Shown here piece by piece: positions 20,291 through 29,851 of a DNA stretch of 64,000 nt. Numbering within the stretch: the first letter of the stretch is position 1; each line of letters opens with the position of its first letter. Made by a program: the position numbers and the translations under genes. Under the pieces are notes generated by a model. The model was not told where the DNA came from and did not search any database. It worked only from the letters and a program-made list of their open reading frames with translations. The stretch covers positions 56,070 to 120,069 of the forward strand of contig JALVQA010000004.1 of NCBI GenBank assembly GCA_027031495.1, in the 5' to 3' direction. The stretch comes from Candidatus Moraniibacteriota bacterium. GTDB taxonomy: Bacteria > Patescibacteriota > Minisyncoccia > Moranbacterales > GCA-2747515.

Positions 20291-20533
20291 TTAGAATGTT
20301 TTAAATGTTTCCGTACGTTCACGACCAATATTAAACATGGCGTATATATTGTCGCGTACTACAATGAAAAGTATAAATTGTGCAAGAACAAGGATTATTG
20401 TTGTAAAAACAAAAACTATTATTGCATGGTGAGCAAGTTTTTTATTGATTGTATACGTATGCAAATGATAAACAATCACCCATGTGAGGATGCCATACAC
20501 AACAAGACTTATAAGAAAAATAATATCAACCAT
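20291..20533 (-). CDS. Small hypothetical membrane protein (80 aa)
   Basis: It has two hydrophobic helices and sits between ruvB and the bPH gene on the same strand. Confidence 0.35.
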   Translation of the reverse strand: MVDIIFLISLVVYGILTWVIVYHLHTYTINKKLAHHAIIVFVFTTIILVLAQFILFIVVRDNIYAMFNIGRERTETFKTF

Positions 20534-20543
20534 AAAAAATAAG

Positions 20544-21605
20544 TTACATACCTAGGGCGCTGCGCATTTTTTCATAACGCGCCGGGATATTTATATTAAG
20601 ATGTTTAAATGCTGCCTCAAGGGCCACGCGACCACGCGGTGTACGCATAATAAAACCATGTTGAATGAGATACGGCTCATACACTTCTTCTATAGTATAC
20701 ACTTCCTCGCCAAGTGATGCAGCAAGTGTCTTTACACCAACAGGACCACCATGAAACACGGTAATGATTTTCTCAAGAAGTTGACGATCCATTGCTTCAA
20801 GGCCACTTTCATCAATGTCCAATAATTTCAATGCATCACACACAACTGTATGCGTCACCTCACTAAGATCGTGCGCTTGTGCATAGTCACGTACACGTCG
20901 CACGAGACGATTTGCAACACGTGGTGTCTGACGTGAACGGTGTGCAATCTCCTGCGCAGCATCATCGTGAATCACAATATCAAGAAGACGTGCACTACGC
21001 AAAACAATTTGCTTGATATCGTTTGGTGTATAAAACTCCAGTCGGTATGTGCTTCCAAAGCGATTGCGCAAAGGATTTGACAGTGCACCAATTTGTGTCG
21101 TTGCACCAATGAGGGTAAATTTTGGCAAGTCAAGTTGAAGCGTACGTGCACTTGGTCCCTTTCCAACGATAATATCAATCACACCATCTTCCATTGCCGG
21201 ATACAATACTTCCTCCACTGTCTTACGCAAGCGATGAATCTCATCAATAAAGAGTATATCGCCATCAGAAAGATTTGTCAGAATAGATCCAAGATCGCCA
21301 ACGCGTTCTATTGCTGGTCCACTTGTTACAGTAATACCAACACCCATTTCTTTCGCTATAATATGCGAAAGCGTTGTTTTACCAAGTCCAGCACTCCCGT
21401 AAAACAAGATATGATCAATTGGTTCGCCACGCTTGCGTGCCGCGTTGATCACAATTGACAAATTACGCTTTATCGCATCTTGACCAACATATTCAGTAAG
21501 TGTTTCTGGACGCAGGGCGCGATCAAATATTTTCTCATCACGCAAAAGAACAGTACTGATATCATGTTTGTATTCTTCCTTTTTTTGCGCTGTTTTAATA
21601 ACCAT
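20544..21605 (-). CDS. ruvB: Holliday junction branch-migration helicase RuvB
   Basis: LRPETLTEYVGQD...LFYGSAGLGKTTLSHIIAKEMG...DILFIDEIHRL is the AAA+ RuvB signature. Confidence 0.95.
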   Translation of the reverse strand: MVIKTAQKKEEYKHDISTVLLRDEKIFDRALRPETLTEYVGQDAIKRNLSIVINAARKRGEPIDHILFYGSAGLGKTTLSHIIAKEMGVGITVTSGPAIERVGDLGSILTNLSDGDILFIDEIHRLRKTVEEVLYPAMEDGVIDIIVGKGPSARTLQLDLPKFTLIGATTQIGALSNPLRNRFGSTYRLEFYTPNDIKQIVLRSARLLDIVIHDDAAQEIAHRSRQTPRVANRLVRRVRDYAQAHDLSEVTHTVVCDALKLLDIDESGLEAMDRQLLEKIITVFHGGPVGVKTLAASLGEEVYTIEEVYEPYLIQHGFIMRTPRGRVALEAAFKHLNINIPARYEKMRSALGM

Positions 21606-21640
21606 AAATCATTAGGTCACGTGTGTTTATATCTAGATAC

Positions 21641-21669
21641 TTGACAATTTTATAAACACGTGTTAGTAT
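21641..21669 (+). promoter_or_regulatory. Strong sigma70-type promoter (TTGACA-17-TAGTAT) driving a noncoding transcript
   Basis: A TTGACA (21641-21646), a 17-nt spacer and a TAGTAT (21664-21669) lie divergent from ruvB, with no CDS downstream. Confidence 0.5.
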
Positions 21670-21743
21670 CACACGTTGCACTCCTCGCAGAGATGTAGAG
21701 GGATGCAGATATGTAATGATGTACATTACAACACCTTTAAAGC

Positions 21744-21927
21744 ACTGAGTGTTCTGTAGACTCATGGGTAGTTCTATCTTTTCTACTCATGGCCGGATGA
21801 AGTGCCAAGATCGGGCAGGATGGTTATCGCACACTGTTTGTGATATACTGTGCTTCACCTCGACACTTCATCTTTCATCCGAGACCACAGATCCCGGACA
21901 CGTCTACAGAACTCTCAGTGTTTTTTT
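21744..21927 (+). ncRNA. Candidate structured sRNA (6S-RNA-like size and closing stem); identity unverified
   Basis: A 19-nt arm CACTGAGTGTTCTGTAGAC (21744-21762) pairs with GTCTACAGAACTCTCAGTG (21902-21920) with one mismatch and is followed by T7. The arms enclose about 180 nt with further internal helices (GGATGAAGTG/CACTTCATCC). The promoter lies about 65 nt upstream. Confidence 0.35.
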
Positions 21928-21992
21928 ACAAAAAACACTCTTCATAATCAGTGTACCACATTTTTATAAAGCACATTTATCTTGCATTAAAA

Positions 21993-22346
21993 TTACCGCA
22001 TTTCCGTAACAACCTTTGACACAACAGTACCGCCACACAGCGCATTGATGTAATTAATAATACCATTTCGTTGCATCCATACTTCTTGCGCCCACAAAGC
22101 ATTTTCCACAGATAATACAATTACTGATCCTGTATACTTATACGCACGTACTGCCTGAGTACCACGACGTCCATATTCCGCACGAATATAGCGATCACAA
22201 AGATAAAGAACCGTCTTTTCATCAACACAACATCCACCATTAGAATGTTTATACGCTTTTGGTACTTTCGCATTAGTTGGACACTTTAGCGCATTTTTTT
22301 TATCTTTATAACGATCAAGAACTGCTGATAATCGCTTCATACACAA
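21993..22346 (-). CDS. DUF721/DciA-like small protein downstream of dnaN
   Basis: It sits in the dnaA-dnaN-(DUF721) position. The C-terminal LSVENALWAQEVWMQRNGIINYINALCGG resembles DUF721. The assignment is weak. Confidence 0.45.
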   Translation of the reverse strand: MCMKRLSAVLDRYKDKKNALKCPTNAKVPKAYKHSNGGCCVDEKTVLYLCDRYIRAEYGRRGTQAVRAYKYTGSVIVLSVENALWAQEVWMQRNGIINYINALCGGTVVSKVVTEMR

Positions 22347-22360
22347 AAAATATATTTACA

Positions 22361-23500
22361 CTATTTGCGAATTGGCATAACAAGATAGAGAAATCGCTCA
22401 TCATCATCACTTTTTGCAACCGGTGTAATAACAACCGGTGATGCCGCACCCGAAAATGCAATACGTACTTTTTCACTACCGCAACGACTTATGCCATCAA
22501 GTACATAACGCGTATTGAGATAGATTTCTTGTACTTCGCCATGCGCTTCAACCTGCAGTGTTGTCACATTTTCTCCACGATCCTGCGACATTGCACTAAT
22601 TACACATGTGCTTTCATCAGGATTTATCGTCACTTTCATATCACTCGTTGTATTATTTGCAAAGGCATCAGCAAGTCGCAGTACGCGCTCACATTCCGCA
22701 CGCGACACAATGATGTGCGTTGCCGTCTCTTGCGGAATAATCTGCTGATAGTCAGGATATGTTCCAGAGATAAGACGCGAAACAATTGTCACGCCATCAA
22801 CTTCAAAAAAGATCTGACCATCACTTATATGCATCATTATCATTTTTGTCGCACTATCAGAAAGAATATATAAAATTTCAGCAATAGCACTCGCCGGGAC
22901 AATAATGGAATCAATGTCTTTTTGTATAGCTGCAGCTTCAATCGGTGCCACACTTTCACTAAGACGGAAACCATCTGTTGCAGCTACACGCATAGTATTA
23001 TCAGTAAAAACTATATTCACACCGGTTAATTCAGGGCGCGCTTCCGTTTTTGCAACACTTATCATCACACGTGACAACACAGAGCGAAATACATCTGACT
23101 GCACTGTTACTTCACCATAGATATTTTCCTTTTGCGGTATCGGTGGAAAATCAACTGGATTATACCCCTTTATTACTGCACGTGACGATCCACTTTCTAC
23201 AGCAATGTCAGTGTCAGATACCTGAGACACAGTTACCTGTGCACCATTGTCAAGTGATGCAATAAAACTATTGAGAAGTTGTGGTGGAATAACAACACTG
23301 CCAACTTCTTCAATTTTGCCACTAATTTCAATACGCACACCCATATCAAGGTTTGTAGCAGCACACGCAAGTATATTATTTTCTGTTGAGATAATGACAT
23401 TTTGTATAATCGGCAACAGCGATTGCTTTGCAAGAGCTTTTGTACTGTAGCGTAGTGCCCGATCAAGGTGTTCTTTTGTGCATGTAAATCGTAAAGCCAT
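22361..23500 (-). CDS. dnaN: DNA polymerase III beta sliding clamp
   Basis: MALRFTCTKEHLDRALRYSTKALAKQSLLPIIQNVII is DnaN-like. The start was moved to the internal Met at 23500 because the track ORF begins in the AT-rich upstream region. The gene follows dnaA. Confidence 0.9.
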   Translation of the reverse strand: MALRFTCTKEHLDRALRYSTKALAKQSLLPIIQNVIISTENNILACAATNLDMGVRIEISGKIEEVGSVVIPPQLLNSFIASLDNGAQVTVSQVSDTDIAVESGSSRAVIKGYNPVDFPPIPQKENIYGEVTVQSDVFRSVLSRVMISVAKTEARPELTGVNIVFTDNTMRVAATDGFRLSESVAPIEAAAIQKDIDSIIVPASAIAEILYILSDSATKMIMMHISDGQIFFEVDGVTIVSRLISGTYPDYQQIIPQETATHIIVSRAECERVLRLADAFANNTTSDMKVTINPDESTCVISAMSQDRGENVTTLQVEAHGEVQEIYLNTRYVLDGISRCGSEKVRIAFSGAASPVVITPVAKSDDDERFLYLVMPIRK

Positions 23501-23732
23501 AATAGTTATTACAATTAAATCAAATATATTTAGTTTATTATTATTAGCGCTGTGGAAAGTGTGGAAAAGTGCGATAAATGTAGTTATTATGCACACACTT
23601 TTCTGTGTATTATTAATGAATAAATGCATGTTTTTGTGTGCAAGACTGTAGATGTGGGATATCCACTTTTATGTGCACAGAGTATAACACAGTTTTATAC
23701 ACATGCACATGCGTACTTATGCACAATTTTAT
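23501..23732. promoter_or_regulatory. dnaA-dnaN intergenic DnaA-box cluster (oriC part)
   Basis: The AT-rich spacer carries TGTGGAAAG (23551), TGTGGAAAA (23560) and an overlapping inverted TGTGGGATA/TATCCAC (23653-23666). Confidence 0.5.
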
Positions 23733-25175
23733 TCACAGAGTGTGTAATTTTCGTTTCAATGTGTCAATGGTATCCTTTAGTGCCGCATCAGCAATAAGTT
23801 CTTTTTCAATTTTACGACACGCATGTATCACTGTTGTGTGATCACGTCCACCGCAGTGTGCGCCAATTTCAGGGTATGAATATGTAAGTTCCTCACGCAA
23901 AAGAAACATGGCAATTTGACGCGGGCGGACAATTGTTTTTTTGCGCACCTTTCCGATAATGTCGTCAGGTGTAATATTGAAATGTTGTGCGACAATATCA
24001 ATAACAGAAGAAGCGCTTCGTGCCGGACGACGATTCACGATTGTTGGTGCAAGAATTTCCTCCACAACAGCGCGCGAAGGGATTTTTTGCTGAAAAGTGC
24101 AGATAGCGACAACTTTATTGAGTGCGCCTTCCAGTTCACGAATATTACTTGCCACATTACGTGCAATGTAGCGTGCCGCATCTTCCGGAAGAATAATATC
24201 TTTTTCATCTGCTTTTTTTTGAAGAATTGCCACACGCGTTTCAAAGTCTGGTTGTGAGATATCAGCAATCATGCCACCTTCAAAGCGGGAACGCAAGCGA
24301 TCTTCCAGTGTTGCAATTGCATGCGGTGGTCTATCACTTGAGATGATAATCTGTTTATTTTTTTGGTAGAGAAAGTTGAAAATGTGAAAAAATTCATCTT
24401 GCGTTTTTTCTTTACCGGCAAGAAACTGAACGTCATCAATAATGAGGAGATCAATTGTTTGATAAAACTTTTTAAAATCTGATATTGTATTGTTATGTAT
24501 AGAATCTATAAGCTCGCTAGTAAAACGCTCTGATGATGTGTAGAGAACGCGCTTTGTTGGATCAGCACTAACAACAGCATTACCAATCGATTGAAGGATG
24601 TGTGTTTTACCAAGACCAACATCACCATAGATAAATAGCGGGTTGTATACTGTGCCAAGCGATTCACTTACAGTGCGACATGCGGCATGAGCGAGTTCAT
24701 TATGTTGCCCAACGACAAAATTACTGAACGTATAGCGAGGGTTGAGACATGTATTATAGGGCGGTGTTGTTTTTGCTGTTGGTTTTTGCTGAATATTTTT
24801 AGCCTGTTGAATTGGTTGTTTTTGCTGCTGTATACTTCGCTGTGGCGCTTTTTTGAGAATTGTGCTGATTGTTGAATTTCCTGTTCGTTTCTGCGTGACA
24901 GCGTCGATAGATTGTGGCGCACGTTGGGGTTGTGGCGAAAGAGTGCAATGGATACGTGTAATACTTTTGTCATGATTGCGCAGCGCTTGTAAAACAATGT
25001 CAGAGCATTTTTTCTCAATCCACTCCTTCGCAAATCCATTCGGTGTAGTGATAGTGGCGCACCCATCGTCGATTGATTGAATTGATGTGTTTTTAAACCA
25101 TGTAATAAAATTTGCACGAGAAATGGAGAGTTCTATTTCACCGAGTGCCGCCGCCCATAATTGTTGAAAATCCAT
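23733..25175 (-). CDS. dnaA: Chromosomal replication initiator DnaA
   Basis: It has the Walker A NPLFIYGDVGLGKTHIL, an AAA+ core, and a C-terminal DnaA-box-binding domain (RKKTIVRPRQIAMFLLREELTYSYPEIG). Confidence 0.95.
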   Translation of the reverse strand: MDFQQLWAAALGEIELSISRANFITWFKNTSIQSIDDGCATITTPNGFAKEWIEKKCSDIVLQALRNHDKSITRIHCTLSPQPQRAPQSIDAVTQKRTGNSTISTILKKAPQRSIQQQKQPIQQAKNIQQKPTAKTTPPYNTCLNPRYTFSNFVVGQHNELAHAACRTVSESLGTVYNPLFIYGDVGLGKTHILQSIGNAVVSADPTKRVLYTSSERFTSELIDSIHNNTISDFKKFYQTIDLLIIDDVQFLAGKEKTQDEFFHIFNFLYQKNKQIIISSDRPPHAIATLEDRLRSRFEGGMIADISQPDFETRVAILQKKADEKDIILPEDAARYIARNVASNIRELEGALNKVVAICTFQQKIPSRAVVEEILAPTIVNRRPARSASSVIDIVAQHFNITPDDIIGKVRKKTIVRPRQIAMFLLREELTYSYPEIGAHCGGRDHTTVIHACRKIEKELIADAALKDTIDTLKRKLHTL

Positions 25176-25404
25176 AGGAAGTAACTCTTTATTTTACGTA
25201 TAGATGATGACATGTTTAGTATAACACGGATAAGCGTTATACATGTGGATAAGTTGATAAATCTGTGGATAAGTTGTGTAAAATGTGTATATTTTGCACT
25301 TTACTCAGGATAAATAGTAAAAAAAGATGCAAGTTATCCACAGAAATAAATAAAAACACTGTGGAAAACAGTGTTTTTATAATTATTGCAATGATATATT
25401 TTAT
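25176..25404. promoter_or_regulatory. DnaA-box cluster upstream of dnaA (oriC / dnaA promoter region)
   Basis: In 229 bp of AT-rich DNA there are TGTGGATAA at 25244 and 25264, TTATCCACA at 25334 and TGTGGAAAA at 25370. Confidence 0.6.
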
Positions 25405-27162
25405 TTACTCAAGTGACTTTTCAACAACTTCTTCTGTGTAGATTTTCAGAACATCACCTTTCTTTATGCGCGTGTGCGTTGTGCAAACAAGACCACACTC
25501 CTTATTTGTTTCAACTTCTTGCACGGCAACTTTGCCTTGCTGTAAACTTTCTATAATACCGTCGCCAATATTTGCGTCATCGCGCGTAATCGTTACATGT
25601 GCGTCCTTTACAACGCGTCCTTTCTTTACGATGCCACCGATAATCATCTTTTCTTTCTCTGTGCGAAATATATCAAGAACTTCGAGTTCGCCTATATCTG
25701 TGCGGATGACTTCTTCCGGAATATGCTCAAGAAGTGTTTTTTTGATATCATCAACCAGTTCGTAGATGATAGAAAAGGTTTTAATAGTAACACCCCTATC
25801 TTCTGCAAGACGTTTTGCGACTGCAGTGACGGTAACATTGAAGCCGTAAATAATAGCATTAGTACTTTCTGCAAGTTTTACATCGGACTCTGTAATATCA
25901 CCAACATGAAGTGCAATATAGTGAATGGCAATTTTCTTTTGTGGAATTGTTGCACAAATTTGTTCTATAGCTTCAAGTGTTCCTTGCACGTCAGCTTTAA
26001 TGATAATCGGTAAATTTTTCTCATTATCATCTACGTTCTTGAGTGATGCGTCTTCCGCAATCTGTTGTGCTTTAAGTCGCGCTATTTGTTTACCACTCAT
26101 TACCTGAATGATGTCATTAACTTGTGGTGCATCGTTGAGGCCGTAAATAGTAACTGCTGCGCTCGGAGGAGCTTTCTCTATACTACGTCCTGTGAAGTCT
26201 TCAATGCGTCGTATGCGTCCATATGTTTTACCTGCACGTATATCCTGACCAACTTTTAGAACGCCGGTCTTTACAACGGCGGTTGCAACAGCACCTTTTT
26301 TCGAATCTACATGTGATTCAAGTACAACGGCAAGGCCGTCACGTGTATCATCTGCGCGAAAATCTTCAACTTCGGCGAGTAAGAGGATATTATCCAAAAG
26401 TTCGCCAATACCAATATTGTTTTTTGCACTAATCTCATTCGCAAGCACCTTGCCGCCCCACTCCTCAATAAGAATGCCATGTTCCGCGAGTTCTTGTTTA
26501 ACTTTTGCGACGTTTGCGCCCGGTGCGTCAATTTTGTTAATAGCGACGATCGTTGGGATGTTTTTTTCTTTGATGTAGTCAATAACCTCCTTTGTTTGCG
26601 GCTTGACGCCGTCGTCAGCAGCGACAATAAGAATGGCAATGTCGGCAATAGATGCGCCACGTTCACGCATGGCGGCAAATGCTGCATGTCCCGGTGTGTC
26701 AATAAACGTAATTGTTTTGCCACGCTTTTTAACTTGGTATGCACTGATGTGCTGCGTAATACCGCCAGCTTCCGTTTCAGCGACAGACGATTTGCGAATA
26801 GTATCAAGAAGCGTTGTTTTGCCATGATCAACGTGACCAAGAATTGTAACAATTGGTGGGCGTGGGCGCAAATTTTTGCCACTTTCACGCTCTTTTTCGC
26901 AAATTGTAAGTAAATCTTCAAGTGTAATAATGTCATCATCACTGACAGAAATGTCCGGTTTTACCGTAAAGCCGAGATCCTCCGCGATGATGCTAGCGGT
27001 TTCATAATCAATCTCCTCATTAATCGTGGCCATAATGCCGTTTTTCATGAGTTCTTCGATAACGCGTGTCACCGGCATAGCAAGAATTTCAGCAAATCGC
27101 TTAACGGTGATAACGGCTGGTAGCGCAACTGTATTGCGTTCTTCTTTTTTAACTTCTTTCAT
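25405..27162 (-). CDS. infB: Translation initiation factor IF-2
   Basis: The G-domain motif [27 protein letters not shown] is present with the usual C-terminal domains. The protein is 585 aa. Confidence 0.95.
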   Translation of the reverse strand: MKEVKKEERNTVALPAVITVKRFAEILAMPVTRVIEELMKNGIMATINEEIDYETASIIAEDLGFTVKPDISVSDDDIITLEDLLTICEKERESGKNLRPRPPIVTILGHVDHGKTTLLDTIRKSSVAETEAGGITQHISAYQVKKRGKTITFIDTPGHAAFAAMRERGASIADIAILIVAADDGVKPQTKEVIDYIKEKNIPTIVAINKIDAPGANVAKVKQELAEHGILIEEWGGKVLANEISAKNNIGIGELLDNILLLAEVEDFRADDTRDGLAVVLESHVDSKKGAVATAVVKTGVLKVGQDIRAGKTYGRIRRIEDFTGRSIEKAPPSAAVTIYGLNDAPQVNDIIQVMSGKQIARLKAQQIAEDASLKNVDDNEKNLPIIIKADVQGTLEAIEQICATIPQKKIAIHYIALHVGDITESDVKLAESTNAIIYGFNVTVTAVAKRLAEDRGVTIKTFSIIYELVDDIKKTLLEHIPEEVIRTDIGELEVLDIFRTEKEKMIIGGIVKKGRVVKDAHVTITRDDANIGDGIIESLQQGKVAVQEVETNKECGLVCTTHTRIKKGDVLKIYTEEVVEKSLE

Positions 27163-27209
27163 ATAGAGTAAGTGTTTATGATTTGTGATTTTATAATTCC
27201 AAAAGCGGT

Positions 27210-27716
27210 TTATGAGACGTGTAATTCTTCTTTGAGGGCGTTACGAACAGCACGTTCCTCTTCTTCTGACAACTTGTAAGGTGATGCTGCATTTACAATA
27301 GGTTTTGCGTAAATGCGCGTTCCTTCGCGTGTATGAAGTGATGAAACAACAATGCCATTATTATTTCCGTCAAGAAATGCAATGGCAAAACTCTGATTAC
27401 CGCCAAGATCTTTGAATGGATTATATCGCACAATGCTCTTGCGCCAGATACTTTTTGTAAGCGTATTGCGTATAGAAGCAATTTCCGCACGAATTTTTTC
27501 AATATCGCTACCAAGTATATCAATTTCCTTGCCATGCATCATAATAATATCTTCAAGTGATGCTGCACGCGCACCACGTGTAAGGTATGCTATTGTCGCG
27601 CTAAGTTGTCTATAGCGCACAAAGAGAAAAATGAGAAATACTACAAGCACAATAACAGCGCATGCAAGCGCGATAATAATACCAGCAGAATGATGGAGTA
27701 TGAACGATATCGCCAT
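27210..27716 (-). CDS. DUF4446-like membrane-anchored protein
   Basis: An N-terminal TM helix is followed by IVRYNPFKDLGGNQSFAIAFLDGNNNGIVVSSLHTREGTRIY. Confidence 0.5.
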   Translation of the reverse strand: MAISFILHHSAGIIIALACAVIVLVVFLIFLFVRYRQLSATIAYLTRGARAASLEDIIMMHGKEIDILGSDIEKIRAEIASIRNTLTKSIWRKSIVRYNPFKDLGGNQSFAIAFLDGNNNGIVVSSLHTREGTRIYAKPIVNAASPYKLSEEEERAVRNALKEELHVS

Positions 27717-27923
27717 AGGATGTGATGATTGTGATTACATCTTATTTTTTACGCTAACACTATTTTGCGTTGCTGTAAACTATGATTATATAGTAAAAAT
27801 TGCCTGGTTATGATAGGTGAAGCGTAAATAAATGTTGTATTATAGAATTTGTGCCCGATCTTGCTTTTTTATGCAAATAGTGTAGGATGTATTTGTACTA
27901 AAGGATTTGGTCTTTTGATGTAT

Positions 27924-27995
<72 letters not shown>

Positions 27996-28045
27996 CATGA
28001 TTCTTTATTGAAGTATGTGCCTGTTGCACATAGTTTCATGATAAT

Positions 28046-28342
28046 TTGTTTTGTATGAAAAAATACACTGTTACTGTTGTTATCCACGAAACAGACGCTA
28101 TTGTGACACTTGTTGACAAAAAACAAAATGTTATAGCAATTAGTGATGCTATTGCGGTACGTGAAGTATCAAAACATCTCTTGTCGATAATTGAAAAACT
28201 TTGCGCTGATGCACATATAGAGTGTAGTGCTATTGGCGATATAAAAATTGTAACTCCTCTCAGTGAAACTGCGATCACGTACCGTGCCGTGCGCACCATT
28301 AAGTCTGCGTTTTTATTTGCACGAGATGCGCTTAAAAGTTGA
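28046..28342 (+). CDS. Hypothetical protein (98 aa)
   Basis: The ORF lies upstream of rplS on the same strand. It is preferred over the antisense 146-aa ORF, whose composition is poor. No motif was recognised. Confidence 0.3.
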   Translation: MFCMKKYTVTVVIHETDAIVTLVDKKQNVIAISDAIAVREVSKHLLSIIEKLCADAHIECSAIGDIKIVTPLSETAITYRAVRTIKSAFLFARDALKS

Positions 28343-28440
28343 CGTTTTTTGCATTTTGCGTTAGGATGAAGTAGTTTTACTGGTGAGTAGAATGTATTTT
28401 TTATTCGCAAGAGATTTCTTATTTTTTTAAAGATGGGGCT

Positions 28441-29094
28441 ATGCACAAAGAACTTATTGCATTTAATAAGACGCAACGTACACGTGCACAGGATTTTCGT
28501 GCCGGTGATGTTGTGCGTGTGTTTCGCAAGATTGTAGAGGGAAGTAAAGAACGTATCCAGGTTTTTGAGGGGATGATTGTTGTTACGCGTGGCGGACAGA
28601 GTTCATCACAAATGATTACGGTGCGTAAGGTATCAAATGGTGTGGGTGTTGAGATTATTGTGCCTGTGCAATCACCACAAATTGAAAAGATTGAGCTTGT
28701 AAAGCGTGCAAAAGTACGTCGTGCGAATATTGGTTATATTCGTACAAAGCCGTCAAAGAAATTACGTTTCAAATTTACTGACGCACAGGATCTGGAAAAG
28801 AAAAAAGAGGAAAATGTAGAGGAGAATGCTGATAAGGCAAGTGATGATGCAGATAATCTGACGAAGATCGAGGGTATTGGACCAAAAATTGCACAGACAC
28901 TTGCAGATGCCGGCATCAAAACATTTGCCACACTTGCTGAAGCTGATGTTGCAAAGATTGCGGATATTATCAAGGATGTGCGTGGCAATCATGATCCACA
29001 GACATGGCCACAGCAAGCGGCGCTTGCACGTGATGGTAAGTGGGACGAGCTTTCACAGTGGCAGGATGAGTTAAAAGGCGGAAAGGAGTCATAG
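28441..29094 (+). CDS. rplS: Ribosomal protein L19 fused to a C-terminal helix-hairpin-helix (HhH) domain
   Basis: The N-terminal 115 aa are L19 (RAQDFRAGDVVRVFRKIVEG..RIQVFEGMIVV). After an acidic linker comes IEGIGPKIAQTLADAGIKTFATLAEADVAKIADII, an HhH motif. Confidence 0.85.
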   Translation: MHKELIAFNKTQRTRAQDFRAGDVVRVFRKIVEGSKERIQVFEGMIVVTRGGQSSSQMITVRKVSNGVGVEIIVPVQSPQIEKIELVKRAKVRRANIGYIRTKPSKKLRFKFTDAQDLEKKKEENVEENADKASDDADNLTKIEGIGPKIAQTLADAGIKTFATLAEADVAKIADIIKDVRGNHDPQTWPQQAALARDGKWDELSQWQDELKGGKES

Positions 29095-29165
29095 ACGTGC
29101 AATATTTTTCACGGCTCCTGCGTACTTTTGTAGGTAGAGAAAAGTGCGCAGGGGTCGTGAGAGAG

Positions 29166-29250
29166 GCCGTGGTGCTGGAATTGGTAGACAGGCCAGGTTG
29201 AGGGCCTGGTGTCCGCTTAGGGCGTGAGGGTTCAAGTCCCTCCCACGGCA
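29166..29250 (+). tRNA. tRNA-Leu (anticodon GAG), long variable arm
   Basis: The acceptor is GCCGTGG/CCACGGC, the anticodon stem CCAGG/CCTGG with loop TTGAGGG, and the T-arm GAGGG-TTCAAGT-CCCTC. Confidence 0.85.
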
Positions 29251-29323
29251 CACAAAGTGTTTTTGCGCTTTTTCCGTTATGGTGTATACTGAGGTTGTTG
29301 CGCAATTTTACAGTTTTGTTTAG

Positions 29324-29397
29324 GGGTGATTAGCTCAGTTGGTTAGAGCACTTCTCTTACAAAGAAGGGGTCAGTGGTTCGAGTCCACTATCACCCA
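29324..29397 (+). tRNA. tRNA-Val (anticodon UAC)
   Basis: The acceptor is GGGTGAT/ATCACCC, the anticodon stem CTTCT/AGAAG with loop CTTACAA, and the T-arm AGTGG-TTCGAGT-CCACT. Confidence 0.85.
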
Positions 29398-29445
29398 CAC
29401 AGGAAGGATTGCGTATTTATTGATACGACTGATCTGATACTGTGT

Positions 29446-29517
29446 GCCGGGGTAGCTCAGTGGTAGAGCAAAGGACTGAAAATCCTTGTGTCGGCAGTTC
29501 AATTCTGCCTCCCGGCA
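29446..29517 (+). tRNA. tRNA-Phe (anticodon GAA)
   Basis: The acceptor is GCCGGGG/TCCCGGC, the anticodon stem AAGGA/TCCTT with loop CTGAAAA, and the T-arm GGCAG-TTCAATT-CTGCC. Confidence 0.85.
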
Positions 29518-29589
29518 CAGTCGCGGAACATGGAGTGCTGTCATGGAATGGGTAATTGGTCGTTCCGTGTACTCCATGTTTTGTTTTAG

Positions 29590-29662
29590 GGGACCGTAGC
29601 TCAGGGGTTAGAGCAGTCGGCTCATAACCGATTGGTCGCAGGTTCGAAACCTGCCGGTCCCA
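29590..29662 (+). tRNA. tRNA with CAU anticodon (elongator Met or Ile-lysidine type; not initiator-like)
   Basis: The acceptor is GGGACCG/CGGTCCC and the anticodon loop CTCATAA. The anticodon stem lacks the 3 G-C pairs of an initiator, and positions 1:72 are paired. Confidence 0.8.
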
Positions 29663-29715
29663 CAAATTTAACACTTGATTTATTTTGCGTTTTCGCATAG
29701 AATAAACTGTGTGAT

Positions 29716-29787
29716 GCGAGTGTCGTATAATGGCTATTATGCCACCTTGCCATGGTGGAGACGGCGGTTCGATTCCGCTCACTCGCT
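29716..29787 (+). tRNA. tRNA-Gly (anticodon GCC)
   Basis: The acceptor is GCGAGTG/CACTCGC, the anticodon stem CCACC/GGTGG with loop TTGCCAT, and the T-arm GGCGG-TTCGATT-CCGCT. Confidence 0.85.
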
Positions 29788-29851
29788 CAAGAAGCAAAAG
29801 GCGCTATGAACGTGTTCTAGCGCCTTTTGCTCATGTTGTTATACTGGTTAT

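Noticed and set aside
28036-28476. 146-aa minus-strand ORF
   Set aside because: It is antisense to the rplS start and to a plus-strand ORF. Its composition is poor and it runs through promoter-like AT-rich DNA.
29100-29800. Minus-strand ORFs (111, 126, 68 aa) across the tRNA cluster
   Set aside because: They are translations of antisense tRNA genes (GIEPPSPPWQGG-type artefacts). Five tRNAs account for the region.
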